Sequence record: PX104380.1
Direction: 5' to 3' (one strand)
Source: a phage
DNA length: 64,000 nt
A model generated the notes under the pieces. The model did no database searches and was not told where the DNA came from. It worked only from the letters and a program-made list of their open reading frames with translations. Below are positions 45,897 through 57,907 of the stretch, piece by piece. Positions within the stretch are counted from its first letter, which is position 1; each line of letters begins with the position of its first letter. Both the position numbers and the translations under genes were made by a program.

Positions 45897-47607
45897 TAAC
45901 CTTAATTGGTTTGTTGGTGTTGTTGAAGATAGAATGGACCCATTAAAATTAGGTCGTGTTCGTGTTCGTGTGGTTGGTCTGCATCCACCACAAAGAGCAC
46001 AAGGTGATGTAATGGGTATTCCAACTGAAAAATTACCATGGATGTCAGTTATTCAACCTATAACTTCTGCAGCAATGTCTGGAATTGGAGGTTCCGTTAC
46101 TGGACCGGTAGAAGGAACTAGAGTTTATGGTCATTTTTTGGACAAATGGAAAACTAACGGAATTGTTCTTGGCACGTATGGTGGAATAGTTCGCGAAAAA
46201 CCGAATAGACTTGAAGGATTTTCTGACCCGACTGGGCAATATCCTAGACGTTTAGGAAATGATACTAACGTACTAAACCAAGGCGGAGAAGTAGGATATG
46301 ATTCGTCTTCTAACATTATCCAAGATAGTAACTTAGACACCGCAATAAATCCCGATGATAGACCACTATCAGAGATTCCAACTGATGATAATCCAAATAT
46401 GTCAATGGCTGAAATGCTTCGCCGTGATGAAGGATTAAGACTAAAAGTTTATTGGGATACAGAAGGATATCCGACAATTGGTATTGGTCATCTTATCATG
46501 AAGCAGCCAGTTCGTGATATGACCCAAATTAATAAAGTTTTATCAAAACAAGTTGGTCGTGAAATTACCGGAAATCCAGGTTCTATTACAATGGAAGAAG
46601 CGGTAACTTTATTTGAACGCGATTTGGCTGATATGCAACGTGACATTAAATCACATTCTAAAGTAGGACCAGTCTGGCAAGCTGTCAACCGTTCTCGTCA
46701 AATGGCATTAGAAAATATGGCATTTCAGATGGGTGTTGGCGGTGTAGCTAAATTTAACACAATGTTAACTGCTATGTTAGCAGGAGATTGGGAAAAAGCA
46801 TATAAAGCCGGTCGTGATTCATTGTGGTATCAACAAACAAAAGGCCGTGCATCCCGTGTTACCATGATTATTCTTACGGGGAATTTGGAATCATATGGTG
46901 TTGAAGTGAAAACTCCAGCTAGGTCTTTGTCGGCAATGGCTGCTACTGTGGCGAAGTCTTCTGATCCAGCTGACCCTCCTATTCCAAATGACTCAAGAAT
47001 TTTATTCAAAGAACCAGTTTCTTCATATAAAGGCGAATATCCTTATGTGCATACAATGGAAACTGAAAGTGGACATATTCAGGAATTTGATGATACCCCT
47101 GGGCAAGAACGATATAGATTAGTTCATCCAACTGGAACTTATGAAGAAGTATCACCGTCAGGGAGAAGAACAAGAAAAACAGTTGATAATTTATATGATA
47201 TAACCAACGCTGATGGTAATTTTTTGGTAGCCGGTGATAAAAAGACTAACGTCGGTGGTTCAGAAATTTATTATAACATGGATAATCGTCTTCACCAAAT
47301 AGATGGAAGCAATACAATATTTGTACGTGGCGATGAAACTAAGACGGTTGAAGGTAATGGAACTATCCTAGTTAAAGGTAATGTTACTATTGTAGTTGAA
47401 GGTAATGCTGACATTACAGTTAAAGGAGATGCTACTACTTTAGTTGAAGGAAATCAGACTAATACAGTAAATGGAAATCTTTCTTGGAAAGTTGCTGGGA
47501 CAGTTGATTGGGACGTTGGTGGTGATTGGACAGAAAAAATGGCATCTATGAGTTCTATTTCATCTGGTCAATACACAATTGATGGATCGAGGATTGACAT
47601 TGGCTAA
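45880..47607 (+). CDS. 5: baseplate hub/cell-puncturing protein with lysozyme domain gp5 (575 aa)
   Basis: Central lysozyme domain paralogous to e (EMLRRDEGLRLKVYWDTEGYPTIGIGHL); C-terminal VEGN beta-helix repeats. Confidence 0.95.
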   Translation: MEMISNNLNWFVGVVEDRMDPLKLGRVRVRVVGLHPPQRAQGDVMGIPTEKLPWMSVIQPITSAAMSGIGGSVTGPVEGTRVYGHFLDKWKTNGIVLGTYGGIVREKPNRLEGFSDPTGQYPRRLGNDTNVLNQGGEVGYDSSSNIIQDSNLDTAINPDDRPLSEIPTDDNPNMSMAEMLRRDEGLRLKVYWDTEGYPTIGIGHLIMKQPVRDMTQINKVLSKQVGREITGNPGSITMEEAVTLFERDLADMQRDIKSHSKVGPVWQAVNRSRQMALENMAFQMGVGGVAKFNTMLTAMLAGDWEKAYKAGRDSLWYQQTKGRASRVTMIILTGNLESYGVEVKTPARSLSAMAATVAKSSDPADPPIPNDSRILFKEPVSSYKGEYPYVHTMETESGHIQEFDDTPGQERYRLVHPTGTYEEVSPSGRRTRKTVDNLYDITNADGNFLVAGDKKTNVGGSEIYYNMDNRLHQIDGSNTIFVRGDETKTVEGNGTILVKGNVTIVVEGNADITVKGDATTLVEGNQTNTVNGNLSWKVAGTVDWDVGGDWTEKMASMSSISSGQYTIDGSRIDIG

Positions 47608-48136
47608 TATACTTCCAATGAGCGCTGATTTAGGAGAATCCATGGAAGGTTCTTCTATCGACGTCACCTTTACCGCTCAATTAGAAACAGGTGAAACGTT
47701 AGTATCTATAAATATAACTAGTTACGAAGAAACTCCTGGGGTTTTAGTAGAAGAAAATCGCTTATATGGAACATATGAATCTGTGTTTGGATTTGGAAAT
47801 GACGCGTTGAAATATCGTTTAGGTGATGAATTTAAAACTGTTGCTTCATGGGAAGAACTTCCTACTGATTCTGATACTCAGTTGTATTTGTGGAAAGCTC
47901 CTCAAAATCTCCAGAAGACATTCACTTACGAAGTAACATTAATATATGACTACCAAGAACAAAGTGAATCTGGAGGTTCTGGCAGTAATTCTAGGTCATC
48001 TTCTGATACTACTGAACCAACAGATCCTCCTGCTCCAGTAAGAAAAACTCTCGTTAAAAATTATACTAAAACTATAGTTGGAAATTGGAGTCGTTGGGCT
48101 AATAAATTAAGAAGCTATGTGTATGAGAGGTCATAG
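47579..48136 (+). CDS. gp5.1-like protein (185 aa; start uncertain)
   Basis: Plus-strand ORF following gene 5. Confidence 0.55.
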
Positions 48137-48430
48137 ATGTCAGGATTAAGTTATGATAAATGTGTTACTGCTGGTCATGAAGCATGGCCTCCAACAGTTG
48201 TGAATGCTACACAAAGTAAAGTATTCACTGGAGGAATTGCTGTTCTCGTAGCAGGCGATCCAATTACAGAACATACAGAAATTAAAAAGCCATATGAAAC
48301 ACATGGCGGAGTGACACAACCTAGAACTTCTAAGGTATATGTCACTGGAAAGAAAGCTGTTCAAATGGCTGATCCAATATCATGCGGTGATACTGTGGCT
48401 CAGGCATCATCTAAAGTATTCATTAAATAG
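48137..48430 (+). CDS. 5.4: PAAR-repeat spike tip protein gp5.4 (97 aa)
   Basis: Size and position after gene 5; PAAR-like sequence. Confidence 0.75.
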
Positions 48431-48438
48431 GATTTAAA

Positions 48439-50421
48439 ATGGCAAATACCCCTGTAAATTATCAATTAACAAGAACAGCAAATGCTATTCCCGAGATATT
48501 CGTCGGGGGTACGTTTGCTGAAATAAAACAAAACCTCATTGAATGGCTTAATGGCCAAAATGAATTTTTGGATTATGATTTTGAAGGCTCAAGATTAAAC
48601 GTTCTGTGCGACCTTTTAGCTTATAATACATTGTACATTCAGCAGTTTGGTAATGCTGCTGTATATGAAAGCTTCATGCGTACTGCTAACTTACGAAGTT
48701 CAGTTGTTCAGGCTGCACAAGATAACGGATATTTACCTACTTCAAAATCCGCTGCGCAGACCGAAATTATGTTAACATGCACCGACGCATTGAATAGAAA
48801 TTACATTACTATTCCTCGCGGTACTCGCTTTTTAGCATATGCAAAGGATACTTCTGTTAATCCATATAACTTCGTTTCTACCGAAGATGTTATTGCTATT
48901 CGTGATAAAAATAACCAATATTTTCCACGATTAAAATTAGCTCAAGGACGTATAGTAAGAACTGAAATCATTTATGATAAATTAACACCTATTATCATTT
49001 ATGACAAAAACATAGATAGAAACCAAGTTAAACTATACGTTGATGGAGCAGAATGGATTAACTGGACAAGAAAGTCAATGGTTCATGCTGGTTCTACATC
49101 AACAATTTACTACATGCGTGAAACTATTGATGGAAACACTGAATTCTATTTTGGCGAAGGTGAAATTTCTGTTAATGCGGCAGAAGGAGCTCTAACTGCT
49201 AACTATATTGGAGGTCTTAAACCTACCCAGAACTCTACTATTGTTATTGAGTACATCAGTACTAACGGTGCAGATGCGAATGGTGCAGTCGGATTTTCAT
49301 ACGCAGATACATTAACAAATATAACTGTCATCAATATTAACGAAAATCCAAATGATGACCCAGATTTTGTTGGGGCAGATGGCGGTGGCGATCCAGAAGA
49401 TATTGAGCGTATTCGCGAATTGGGTACTATTAAACGCGAAACCCAGCAACGCTGCGTAACCGCAACTGACTATGATACATTTGTCTCAGAAAGATTTGGT
49501 TCTATTATTCAAGCTGTTCAGACTTTCACTGATTCTACTAAACCTGGGTATGCATTTATTGCTGCTAAACCTAAATCAGGACTATATTTAACTACTGTGC
49601 AACGTGAAGATATTAAAAATTATCTCAAAGACTATAATTTAGCTCCTATTACGCCATCAATTATTTCTCCTAATTATCTTTTTATTAAGACTAATTTAAA
49701 AGTCACATATGCTTTAAATAAACTACAAGAATCCGAACAGTGGCTTGAAGGTCAAATAATTGATAAAATTGATCGCTATTATACCGAAGATGTAGAAATT
49801 TTTAACTCATCTTTTGCCAAGTCTAAGATGTTAACTTACGTAGATGATGCAGATCATTCTATCATTGGTTCATCAGCGACTATTCAAATTGTTCGTGAAG
49901 TACAAAACTTCTATAAAACGCCTGAAGCAGGTATTAAATACAATAATCAAATAAAAGATCGTTCTATGGAATCTAATACGTTTTCATTTAATTCTGGACG
50001 AAAGGTTGTAAATCCTGATACCGGTTTAGAAGAAGATGTATTATATGACGTTCGTATAGTATCAACAGACCGAGATTCTAAAGGAATTGGTAAAGTTATT
50101 ATTGGTCCATTTGCTTCTGGCGATGTTACAGAAAATGAAAACATTCAGCCGTATACAGGCAACGATTTTAACAAATTAGCAAATTCTGATGGACGCGACA
50201 AATACTATGTTATCGGTGAAATAAATTATCCAGCTGACATGATTTATTGGAATATCGCTAAAATTAATTTAACATCTGAAAAATTTGAAGTTCAGACTAT
50301 TGAATTATATTCTGACCCAACCGATGATGTTATCTTTACTCGCGATGGTTCACTGATTGTATTTGAAAATGACTTACGTCCACAATACTTAACTATCGAT
50401 TTGGAGCCTATATCACAATGA
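48439..50421 (+). CDS. 6: baseplate wedge protein gp6 (660 aa)
   Basis: Gene order and exact T4 length. Confidence 0.9.
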   Translation: MANTPVNYQLTRTANAIPEIFVGGTFAEIKQNLIEWLNGQNEFLDYDFEGSRLNVLCDLLAYNTLYIQQFGNAAVYESFMRTANLRSSVVQAAQDNGYLPTSKSAAQTEIMLTCTDALNRNYITIPRGTRFLAYAKDTSVNPYNFVSTEDVIAIRDKNNQYFPRLKLAQGRIVRTEIIYDKLTPIIIYDKNIDRNQVKLYVDGAEWINWTRKSMVHAGSTSTIYYMRETIDGNTEFYFGEGEISVNAAEGALTANYIGGLKPTQNSTIVIEYISTNGADANGAVGFSYADTLTNITVININENPNDDPDFVGADGGGDPEDIERIRELGTIKRETQQRCVTATDYDTFVSERFGSIIQAVQTFTDSTKPGYAFIAAKPKSGLYLTTVQREDIKNYLKDYNLAPITPSIISPNYLFIKTNLKVTYALNKLQESEQWLEGQIIDKIDRYYTEDVEIFNSSFAKSKMLTYVDDADHSIIGSSATIQIVREVQNFYKTPEAGIKYNNQIKDRSMESNTFSFNSGRKVVNPDTGLEEDVLYDVRIVSTDRDSKGIGKVIIGPFASGDVTENENIQPYTGNDFNKLANSDGRDKYYVIGEINYPADMIYWNIAKINLTSEKFEVQTIELYSDPTDDVIFTRDGSLIVFENDLRPQYLTIDLEPISQ

Positions 50422-53400
50422 CAGTAAAAGCACCTTCAGTCACTAGTCTCAGAATTTCCAAGTTATCCGCTAATCAGGTGCAAGTACGCTGGGATGACGT
50501 TGGTGCTAATTTCTACTATTTTGTAGAAATCGCTGAGACAAAATCAAACTCGGGAAAAAATCTCCCGAGTAATCAATATCGTTGGATTAATTTAGGATAT
50601 ACAGCAAATAATAGTTTCTTTTTTGATGATGCTGATCCATTGACATCATATGTTATTAGAGTAGCTACAGCTGCGCAAGATTTTGAGCAGTCTGATTGGA
50701 TTTATACCGAAGAGTTTGAAACTTTTGCTACAAATGCTTATACATTTCAAAACATGATTGAAATGCAATTAGCCAATAAATTCATTCAGGAAAAATTTAC
50801 TCTTAATAATTCTGATTATGTTAATTTCAATAATGACACAATAATGGCTGCGTTGATGAATGAATCATTTCAGTTCAGCCCATCGTATGCTGATGTCTCA
50901 TCAATCAGTAATTTTATTATTGGTGAAAACGAGTATCATGAAATACAAGGTTCTATCCAGCAAGTATGTAAGGATATTAACCGAGTTTATTTGATGGAAT
51001 CAGAAGGGATTCTATATCTTTTTGAGCGTTATCAACCCGTAGTTAAAGTATCAAATGATAAAGGACAAACTTGGAAAGCTGTAAAGCTCTTCAATGACCG
51101 TGTAGGATATCCTTTATCTAAGACTGTATATTACCAATCTGCAAACACAACATACGTTCTAGGATACGATAAGATTTTCTATGGCCGTAAATCGACTGAC
51201 GTTAGATGGTCAGCAGATGATGTCAGATTCAGTTCACAGGATATAACATTTGCTAAATTAGGAGACCAACTTCATTTAGGATTCGATGTTGAAATCTTCG
51301 CTACTTATGCGACTTTACCAGCGAATGTATATCGTATAGCTGAAGCCATTACTTGTACGGATGATTATATCTATGTTGTTGCCAGAGATAAAGTTAGATA
51401 TATAAAAACGAGTAATGCACCTATAGATTCTGACCCGTTATCACCAACATACTCGGAAAGACTTTTTGAACCTGATACAATGACTATAACTGGAAATCCT
51501 AAAGCTGTATGCTATAAAATGGATTCTATTGGTGATAAAGTTTTTGCTCTTATTATTGGTGAAGTTGAAACATTAAATGCTAATCCTAGAACATCAAAAA
51601 TAATTGATTCCGCTGATAAAGGAATATATGTTTTAAATCATGACGAAAAAACATGGAAAAGAGTTTTTGGTAATACCGAAGAAGAAAGAAGACGTATTCA
51701 ACCCGGATATGCGAATATGTCAACTGATGGTAAATTAGTTTCTCTGTCTTCGAGTAATTTTAAATTTTTAAGTGATAACGTTGTTAATGACCCTGAAACT
51801 GCTGTAAAATACCAGTTAATCGGTGCTGTCAAATATGAATTTCCTCGCGAATGGTTAGCTGATAAACATTATCATATGATGGCGTTTATAGCGGATGAAA
51901 AATCTGATTGGGAGACTTTTACTCCTCAACCGATGAAATACTACGCAGAACCGTTCTTTAATTGGTCTAAAAAATCTAACACTCGTTGTTGGATAAACAA
52001 CTCTGATAAAGCTGTTGTAGTTTATGCAGATTTGAAATACACCAAAGTTATTGAAAATATTCCAGAAACGTCACCAGATAGATTAGTGCATGAATACTGG
52101 GATGATGGCGATTGCACTATAGTAATGCCAAATGTTAAATTCACTGGATTTAAAAAATACGCATCAGGAATGCTTTTTTATAAATCTTCTGGTGAAATAA
52201 TTTCTTATTATGATTTTAACTATCGCGTGAGAGATACAGTAGAAATTATTTGGAAGCCGACTGAAGTATTTTTAAAAGCATTTTTACAAAACCAAGAGCG
52301 TGAAACTCCTTGGTCACCAGAAGAAGAACGTGGATTAGCTGACCCTGATTTAAGACCATTAATTGGCACAATGATGCCTGATTCTTATTTGTTACAAGAT
52401 TCTAATTTTGAGGCATTTTGCGAAGCATATATTCAGTATCTTTCTGACGGATATGGAACTCAGTATAACAATTTACGAAATTTAATTCGTAACCAATATC
52501 CACGAGAAGAGCATGCGTGGGAATATTTATGGTCAGAAATATATAAAAGAAACATTTATTTAAATGCTGACAAACGCGATGCTGTTGCAAGATTTTTTGA
52601 ATCACGTAGCTATGATTTTTATTCTACTAAAGGAATTGAAGCATCATATAAATTTCTTTTTAAAGTTCTTTATAATGAAGAAGTTGAAATTGAAATTGAA
52701 TCGGGAGCAGGTACTGAATATGATGTAATCATTCAATCTGATTCTCTTACAGAAGATTTAGTAGGACAAACTATCTATACTGCAACCGGAAGATGTAATG
52801 TTACTTATATAGAAAGAAGTTATTCTAATGGTAAATTGCAATGGACCGTGACTATACATAATCTTTTGGGGCGGTTAATAGCAGGACAAGAAGTTAAAGC
52901 AGAAAGACTTCCGGGCTTTGAAGGCGAAATTATTCGTGGGGTTAAAGGAAAAGATTTGCTTCAAAATAATATAGACTATATTAATAGAAGTAGATCATAT
53001 TATGTAATGAAAATTAAATCCAATTTACCTTCTTCTCGTTGGAAATCTGACGTTATTCGTTTTGTTCATCCAGTAGGATTTGGATTTATAGCAATCACGC
53101 TTTTAACTATGTTTATTAATGTCGGTTTAACTCTTAAACACACAGAGACAATAATTAATAAATATAAAAACTATAAATGGGATTCTGGATTGCCTACTGA
53201 ATATGCTGATAGAGTAGCTAAATTGACTCCAACTGGTGAAATTGAGCATGATTCGGTAACAGGCGAAGCAATTTATGAGCCTGGCCCAATGGCTGGTGTA
53301 GAATATCCTCTTCCTGATGACTATAATGCTGAAAATAACAATTCAATATTTCAAGGTCAATTGCCGTCTGAACGACGTAAATTAATGAGTCCTTTATTTG

Positions 53401-53516
53401 ATGCATCTGGAACAACATTTGCACAATTTAGAGATTTAGTTAATAAACGTCTAAAAGATAATATAGGAAATCCAAGAGACCCTGAAAATCCAACACAGGT
53501 TAAAATAGATGAATGA
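50418..53516 (+). CDS. 7: baseplate wedge protein gp7 (1032 aa)
   Basis: Gene order and exact T4 length. Confidence 0.9.
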   Translation: MTVKAPSVTSLRISKLSANQVQVRWDDVGANFYYFVEIAETKSNSGKNLPSNQYRWINLGYTANNSFFFDDADPLTSYVIRVATAAQDFEQSDWIYTEEFETFATNAYTFQNMIEMQLANKFIQEKFTLNNSDYVNFNNDTIMAALMNESFQFSPSYADVSSISNFIIGENEYHEIQGSIQQVCKDINRVYLMESEGILYLFERYQPVVKVSNDKGQTWKAVKLFNDRVGYPLSKTVYYQSANTTYVLGYDKIFYGRKSTDVRWSADDVRFSSQDITFAKLGDQLHLGFDVEIFATYATLPANVYRIAEAITCTDDYIYVVARDKVRYIKTSNAPIDSDPLSPTYSERLFEPDTMTITGNPKAVCYKMDSIGDKVFALIIGEVETLNANPRTSKIIDSADKGIYVLNHDEKTWKRVFGNTEEERRRIQPGYANMSTDGKLVSLSSSNFKFLSDNVVNDPETAVKYQLIGAVKYEFPREWLADKHYHMMAFIADEKSDWETFTPQPMKYYAEPFFNWSKKSNTRCWINNSDKAVVVYADLKYTKVIENIPETSPDRLVHEYWDDGDCTIVMPNVKFTGFKKYASGMLFYKSSGEIISYYDFNYRVRDTVEIIWKPTEVFLKAFLQNQERETPWSPEEERGLADPDLRPLIGTMMPDSYLLQDSNFEAFCEAYIQYLSDGYGTQYNNLRNLIRNQYPREEHAWEYLWSEIYKRNIYLNADKRDAVARFFESRSYDFYSTKGIEASYKFLFKVLYNEEVEIEIESGAGTEYDVIIQSDSLTEDLVGQTIYTATGRCNVTYIERSYSNGKLQWTVTIHNLLGRLIAGQEVKAERLPGFEGEIIRGVKGKDLLQNNIDYINRSRSYYVMKIKSNLPSSRWKSDVIRFVHPVGFGFIAITLLTMFINVGLTLKHTETIINKYKNYKWDSGLPTEYADRVAKLTPTGEIEHDSVTGEAIYEPGPMAGVEYPLPDDYNAENNNSIFQGQLPSERRKLMSPLFDASGTTFAQFRDLVNKRLKDNIGNPRDPENPTQVKIDE

Positions 53517-54513
53517 TTCAAGTGTTATCTATCGTGCGATAGTTACTTCAAAATTTAGAACAGAAAAAATGTTGAATTTTTATAATTCAATTGGAAGTGG
53601 TCAGGATAAAAACACTATCTTTATCACATTTGGAAGATCAGAACCGTGGTCATCAAATGAAAATGAGGTGGGCTTTGCCCCACCTTATCCTACCGATTCT
53701 GTATTAGGTGTAACTGACATGTGGACGCATATGATGGGAACAGTAAAGGTTCTTCCATCTATGCTTGATGCAGTTATTCCTCGTCGAGATTGGGGAGATA
53801 CTAGATATCCGGATCCATACACATTTAGAATTAATGATATTGTAGTGTGCAACTCAGCTCCTTACAACGCTACTGAATCAGGCGCGGGATGGTTAGTGTA
53901 TCGCTGTTTAGATGTTCCTGATACTGGAATGTGCTCAATAGCATCTTTAACTAATAAGGATGAATGTCTTAAATTAGGTGGAAAATGGACTCCTTCTGCT
54001 AGGTCAATGACTCCTCCTGAAGGCCGAGGAGATGCTGAAGGAACAATTGAACCTGGCGATGGATATGTATGGGAATATCTTTTTGAGATTCCGCCTGATG
54101 TATCTATAAATAGATGCACGAATGAGTATATTGTAGTTCCTTGGCCCGAGGAATTAAAAGAAGACCCGACTAGATGGGGGTATGAAGATAATCTCACTTG
54201 GCAGCAAGATGATTTTGGATTAATTTACCGTGTTAAGGCAAATACTATCCGTTTTAAAGCATATTTAGATTCAGTTTATTTTCCTGAAGCTGCATTGCCA
54301 GGAAATAAAGGATTTAGACAAATATCAATAATTACGAATCCTCTTGAAGCTAAAGCTCATCCAAATGACCCAAATGTTAAAGCTGAAAGGGATTATTATG
54401 ATCCGGAAGATTTAATGAGGCATTCGGGCGAAATGATTTATATGGAAAATAGGCCACCTATTATTATGGCAATGGATCAGACAGAAGAAATCAATATTCT
54501 GTTTACATTTTAA
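53509..54513 (+). CDS. 8: baseplate wedge protein gp8 (334 aa)
   Basis: Gene order and exact T4 length. Confidence 0.9.
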   Translation: MNDSSVIYRAIVTSKFRTEKMLNFYNSIGSGQDKNTIFITFGRSEPWSSNENEVGFAPPYPTDSVLGVTDMWTHMMGTVKVLPSMLDAVIPRRDWGDTRYPDPYTFRINDIVVCNSAPYNATESGAGWLVYRCLDVPDTGMCSIASLTNKDECLKLGGKWTPSARSMTPPEGRGDAEGTIEPGDGYVWEYLFEIPPDVSINRCTNEYIVVPWPEELKEDPTRWGYEDNLTWQQDDFGLIYRVKANTIRFKAYLDSVYFPEAALPGNKGFRQISIITNPLEAKAHPNDPNVKAERDYYDPEDLMRHSGEMIYMENRPPIIMAMDQTEEINILFTF

Positions 54514-54518
54514 ATTAA

Positions 54519-54544
54519 GGGAGCCCATGGGCTCCCTTTTTCTT
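54519..54544 (+). terminator. rho-independent terminator after gene 8
   Basis: gggagcc-catg-ggctccc hairpin followed by TTTTTCTTT. Confidence 0.75.
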
Positions 54545-54552
54545 TATAAATA
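54545..54552 (+). promoter_or_regulatory. late promoter TATAAATA for gene 9
   Basis: tataaatactat about 25 nt upstream of gene 9 ATG. Confidence 0.65.
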
Positions 54553-54576
54553 CTATAAACTCATAAGGAAACCGCT

Positions 54577-55443
54577 ATGTTCATTCAAGAACCAAAGAAA
54601 TTGATTGATACCGGCGAAATTGGTAACGCTTCTACTGGTGATATCTTATTCGACGGTGGTAATAAAATTAATAGTGATTTTAACGCAATTTATAACGCGT
54701 TTGGCGATCAACGTAAAATGGCAGTAGCAAATGGCACTGGAGCAGATGGTCAAATTATCCATGCTACTGGATATTATCAAAAACATTCTATTGCAGAGTA
54801 TGCAACTCCAGTAAAAGTTGGCACTAGGCATGATATTGATACCTCTACTGTAGGTGTTAAAGTTATCATTGAAAGAGGCGAACTTGGCGACTGCGTTGAA
54901 TTTATTAACTCAAATGGATCAATATCAGTTACTAATCCTTTAACGATTCAAGCTATTGATTCAATTAAAGGCGTTTCAGGTAATTTAGTAGTAACTAGTC
55001 CATATAGTAAAGTTACCTTACGTTGTATTTCATCTGATAATTCTACGTCGGTTTGGAATTATTCTATTGAAAGTATGTTTGGTCAAAAGGAATCACCTGC
55101 TGAAGGTACATGGAATATTTCTACATCTGGATCAGTTGACATTCCACTATTTCATCGCACTGAATACAATATGGCTAAATTGCTAGTTACGTGCCAATCA
55201 GTAGATGGAAGAAAAATTAAAACAGCAGAAATAAATATTCTTGTGGATACTGTTAATTCAGAAGTTATTTCTTCTGAGTATGCTGTCATGCGAGTTGGAA
55301 ATGAAACAGAAGAAGACGAAATCGCTAATATTGCATTTAGTATTAAAGAAAATTACGTAACGGCGACTATAAATTCTTCAACTGTCGGCATGAGAGCAGC
55401 AGTTAAAGTTATCGCTACGCAGAAAATCGGGGTGGCTCAATAA
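54577..55443 (+). CDS. 9: baseplate protein gp9 (long tail fibre attachment), 288 aa
   Basis: Gene order and exact T4 length. Confidence 0.9.
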   Translation: MFIQEPKKLIDTGEIGNASTGDILFDGGNKINSDFNAIYNAFGDQRKMAVANGTGADGQIIHATGYYQKHSIAEYATPVKVGTRHDIDTSTVGVKVIIERGELGDCVEFINSNGSISVTNPLTIQAIDSIKGVSGNLVVTSPYSKVTLRCISSDNSTSVWNYSIESMFGQKESPAEGTWNISTSGSVDIPLFHRTEYNMAKLLVTCQSVDGRKIKTAEINILVDTVNSEVISSEYAVMRVGNETEEDEIANIAFSIKENYVTATINSSTVGMRAAVKVIATQKIGVAQ

Positions 55444-57248
55444 TGAAACAAAATATTAATATCGGTAATGTTGTAGATGATGGTACCGGTGACTACCTGC
55501 GTAAAGGTGGTATAAAAATAAATGAAAACTTTGATGAGCTTTATTATGAACTCGGTGATGGTAATGTTCCATATTCAGCCGGTGCCTGGAAAACTTATAA
55601 TGCTTCATCTGGGCAAACATTAAAAGCTGAATGGGGAAAATCATACGCTATTAATACTTCGTCTGGAAGAGTAACACTGCAACTTCCTAAAGGAACTGTT
55701 AATGATTATAATAAAGTAATTAGAGCTAGGGATGTATTTGCAACATGGAATGTTAATCCAGTTACTTTAGTAGCCGCTTCTGGTGATACTATCAAAGGAT
55801 CATCGTCATCGGTTGAAATTAACGTTCAATTTAGTGATTTAGAGCTAGTTTATTGCGCTCCGGGTCGTTGGGAATATGTCAAAAATAAACAAATTGACAA
55901 AATTATTAGTTCAGACATTAGCAATGTAGCTCGTAAAGAATTTTTAGTCGAAGTTCAAGGACAAACAGACTTTTTAGATATTTTCCGTGGAACTAGTTAT
56001 AATGTTAATAACATCAGAGTAAAACACCGCGGTAATGAATTGTATTACGGCGATGTTTTTAGCGAAAACAGTGACTTTGGCTCTCCAGGGGAAAATGAAG
56101 GAGAATTGGTTCCTCTTGATGGATTTAATATTAGATTAAGACAGCCTTGTAATATTGGTGACACTGTTCAAATTGAAACATTTATGGACGGTGTATCGCA
56201 GTGGAGAAGTTCATACACAAGACGTCAAATAAAAGTATTAGATTCAAAATTAACATCAAAAACTTCTTTGGAAGGAAGTATTTACGTTACTGATTTATCG
56301 ACAATGAAATCAATTCCATTCTCCGCATTTGGATTAATTCCAGGAGAACCTATTAATCCTAATTCTCTTGAAGTTCGTTTTAATGGAATTTTACAACAAC
56401 AAGCTGGAACAGCAGGATATCCTCTGTTTTTATGTGAAGGCGCTAATTCAGATACACAAGAAGGATGTATATCTCTTGGTGGTGAATGGAAAGAATCAAA
56501 CACAGATTATTCTATAGAATATGAAGATGGAAAACCGATCAGTCTTTTATTTGATAGAAAATTTGAATCAGGTGATATAATCGTTATAACATGGTTCAAT
56601 AATGATTTAGGAACTCTTTTGGAAAAAGATGACATCATTGAATTAACTGATGAACGCTATGTTAGCAAAGGATCATCTACTGAAGTTACTGGTGACGTAG
56701 CCTTAACTGATTTTGATAAAATCGGTTGGCCAAATGTTGAAAAAGTTGATTCTTATACTAGAACATATAATTCAATATCATCTATTTTCGATAGCATTTA
56801 TCCCATTGGTTCAATTTATGAAAATGCTATAAACCCAAATAATCCGGTGACTTATATGGGATTTGGTTCATGGAAATTATTTGGTAAAGGACAAGTTTTA
56901 GTAGGATGGAATGATGATGTTACGGATCCAAACTTTGCATTAAATAACAATGATTTAGATTCTAGCGGAAATCCTTCGCATACTGCCGGTGGAACAGTTG
57001 GAACAACATCAGTGACACTTGAGAACGCAAATCTTCCTGCAACTAAAACTGATGAAAAAGTTTTAATTGAAGATGAAAACGGATCAGTTATTATTGGAGG
57101 TTGCCAATATGACCCAGATGAAACTGGTCCTATATATACAAAATATCGTGAAGACTACGCAACAACAAACTCTTCACATACTCCTCCTGCTAATATTAGT
57201 AATATTCAACCGTCTATTACTGTATACCGTTGGATAAGGATTGCATAA
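55443..57248 (+). CDS. 10: baseplate wedge protein gp10 (601 aa)
   Basis: Gene order and length; TAATG coupling with gene 9 and gene 11. Confidence 0.9.
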   Translation: MKQNINIGNVVDDGTGDYLRKGGIKINENFDELYYELGDGNVPYSAGAWKTYNASSGQTLKAEWGKSYAINTSSGRVTLQLPKGTVNDYNKVIRARDVFATWNVNPVTLVAASGDTIKGSSSSVEINVQFSDLELVYCAPGRWEYVKNKQIDKIISSDISNVARKEFLVEVQGQTDFLDIFRGTSYNVNNIRVKHRGNELYYGDVFSENSDFGSPGENEGELVPLDGFNIRLRQPCNIGDTVQIETFMDGVSQWRSSYTRRQIKVLDSKLTSKTSLEGSIYVTDLSTMKSIPFSAFGLIPGEPINPNSLEVRFNGILQQQAGTAGYPLFLCEGANSDTQEGCISLGGEWKESNTDYSIEYEDGKPISLLFDRKFESGDIIVITWFNNDLGTLLEKDDIIELTDERYVSKGSSTEVTGDVALTDFDKIGWPNVEKVDSYTRTYNSISSIFDSIYPIGSIYENAINPNNPVTYMGFGSWKLFGKGQVLVGWNDDVTDPNFALNNNDLDSSGNPSHTAGGTVGTTSVTLENANLPATKTDEKVLIEDENGSVIIGGCQYDPDETGPIYTKYREDYATTNSSHTPPANISNIQPSITVYRWIRIA

Positions 57249-57907
57249 TGAGTTTACTTAATAATAAAGCGGGAGTTATTTCCCGCTTAGCAGATTTTCT
57301 TGGTTTTAGAACTAAGAAAAATGATATTTCGGTTATGAATAATCAGCCGGTAGGTGCTGTAACAATTTCACAAATAGCAAAAGGTTTTTATGACCCAAAT
57401 GTAGAATCTGCTATCAATGATGTTAGAAATATGGCAGAGCAACAGGTTGGAGCTGTATTAGTTAATATAAGTGGCGTATCTCCTACTGGCGTGCAGCAAA
57501 CAGACTATTGGTCATTTGAAGGAACTGTTACTGATACTTCAGCCAAACCAGGTGACCCAGTTATTGTTAATATGTTTGGCATTCCTGTTAAAGCTACTAA
57601 TGGAATGACTTCAATCGAATTTACCAGTGCCGTTAGAACAGCTCTACAGGAAATGGTTGCAAAATTTATTGCAATTGATTCATTTGAAGACCATCCTACC
57701 ATAGGAAATAAAATACAAGTTAAGTATTTAGATAACCAAGAACATATCTTAGAACAATACTCTGATAAAGGAATTACTTTCAAACAGGAAATAATTTCTC
57801 CTTCTAAACCTGGGTATGGAACTTGGCAATTATTAGGTGCGCAAACTGTTACGCTAGATAGTCACACCCAACCTACAGTATTTTATTATTTTGAGAGAAT
57901 AGCATGA
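57248..57907 (+). CDS. 11: baseplate protein gp11 (short tail fibre attachment), 219 aa
   Basis: From internal Met [20 protein letters not shown], recognised as T4 gp11 N-terminus. Confidence 0.9.
   Translation: MSLLNNKAGVISRLADFLGFRTKKNDISVMNNQPVGAVTISQIAKGFYDPNVESAINDVRNMAEQQVGAVLVNISGVSPTGVQQTDYWSFEGTVTDTSAKPGDPVIVNMFGIPVKATNGMTSIEFTSAVRTALQEMVAKFIAIDSFEDHPTIGNKIQVKYLDNQEHILEQYSDKGITFKQEIISPSKPGYGTWQLLGAQTVTLDSHTQPTVFYYFERIA

Noticed and set aside
46045-46688. Minus-strand ORFs of 64-69 aa inside gene 5, and similar ones inside genes 6, 7, 8, 10-13
   Set aside because: Embedded antisense in well-supported late structural genes of exact T4 length; no SD or promoter context.
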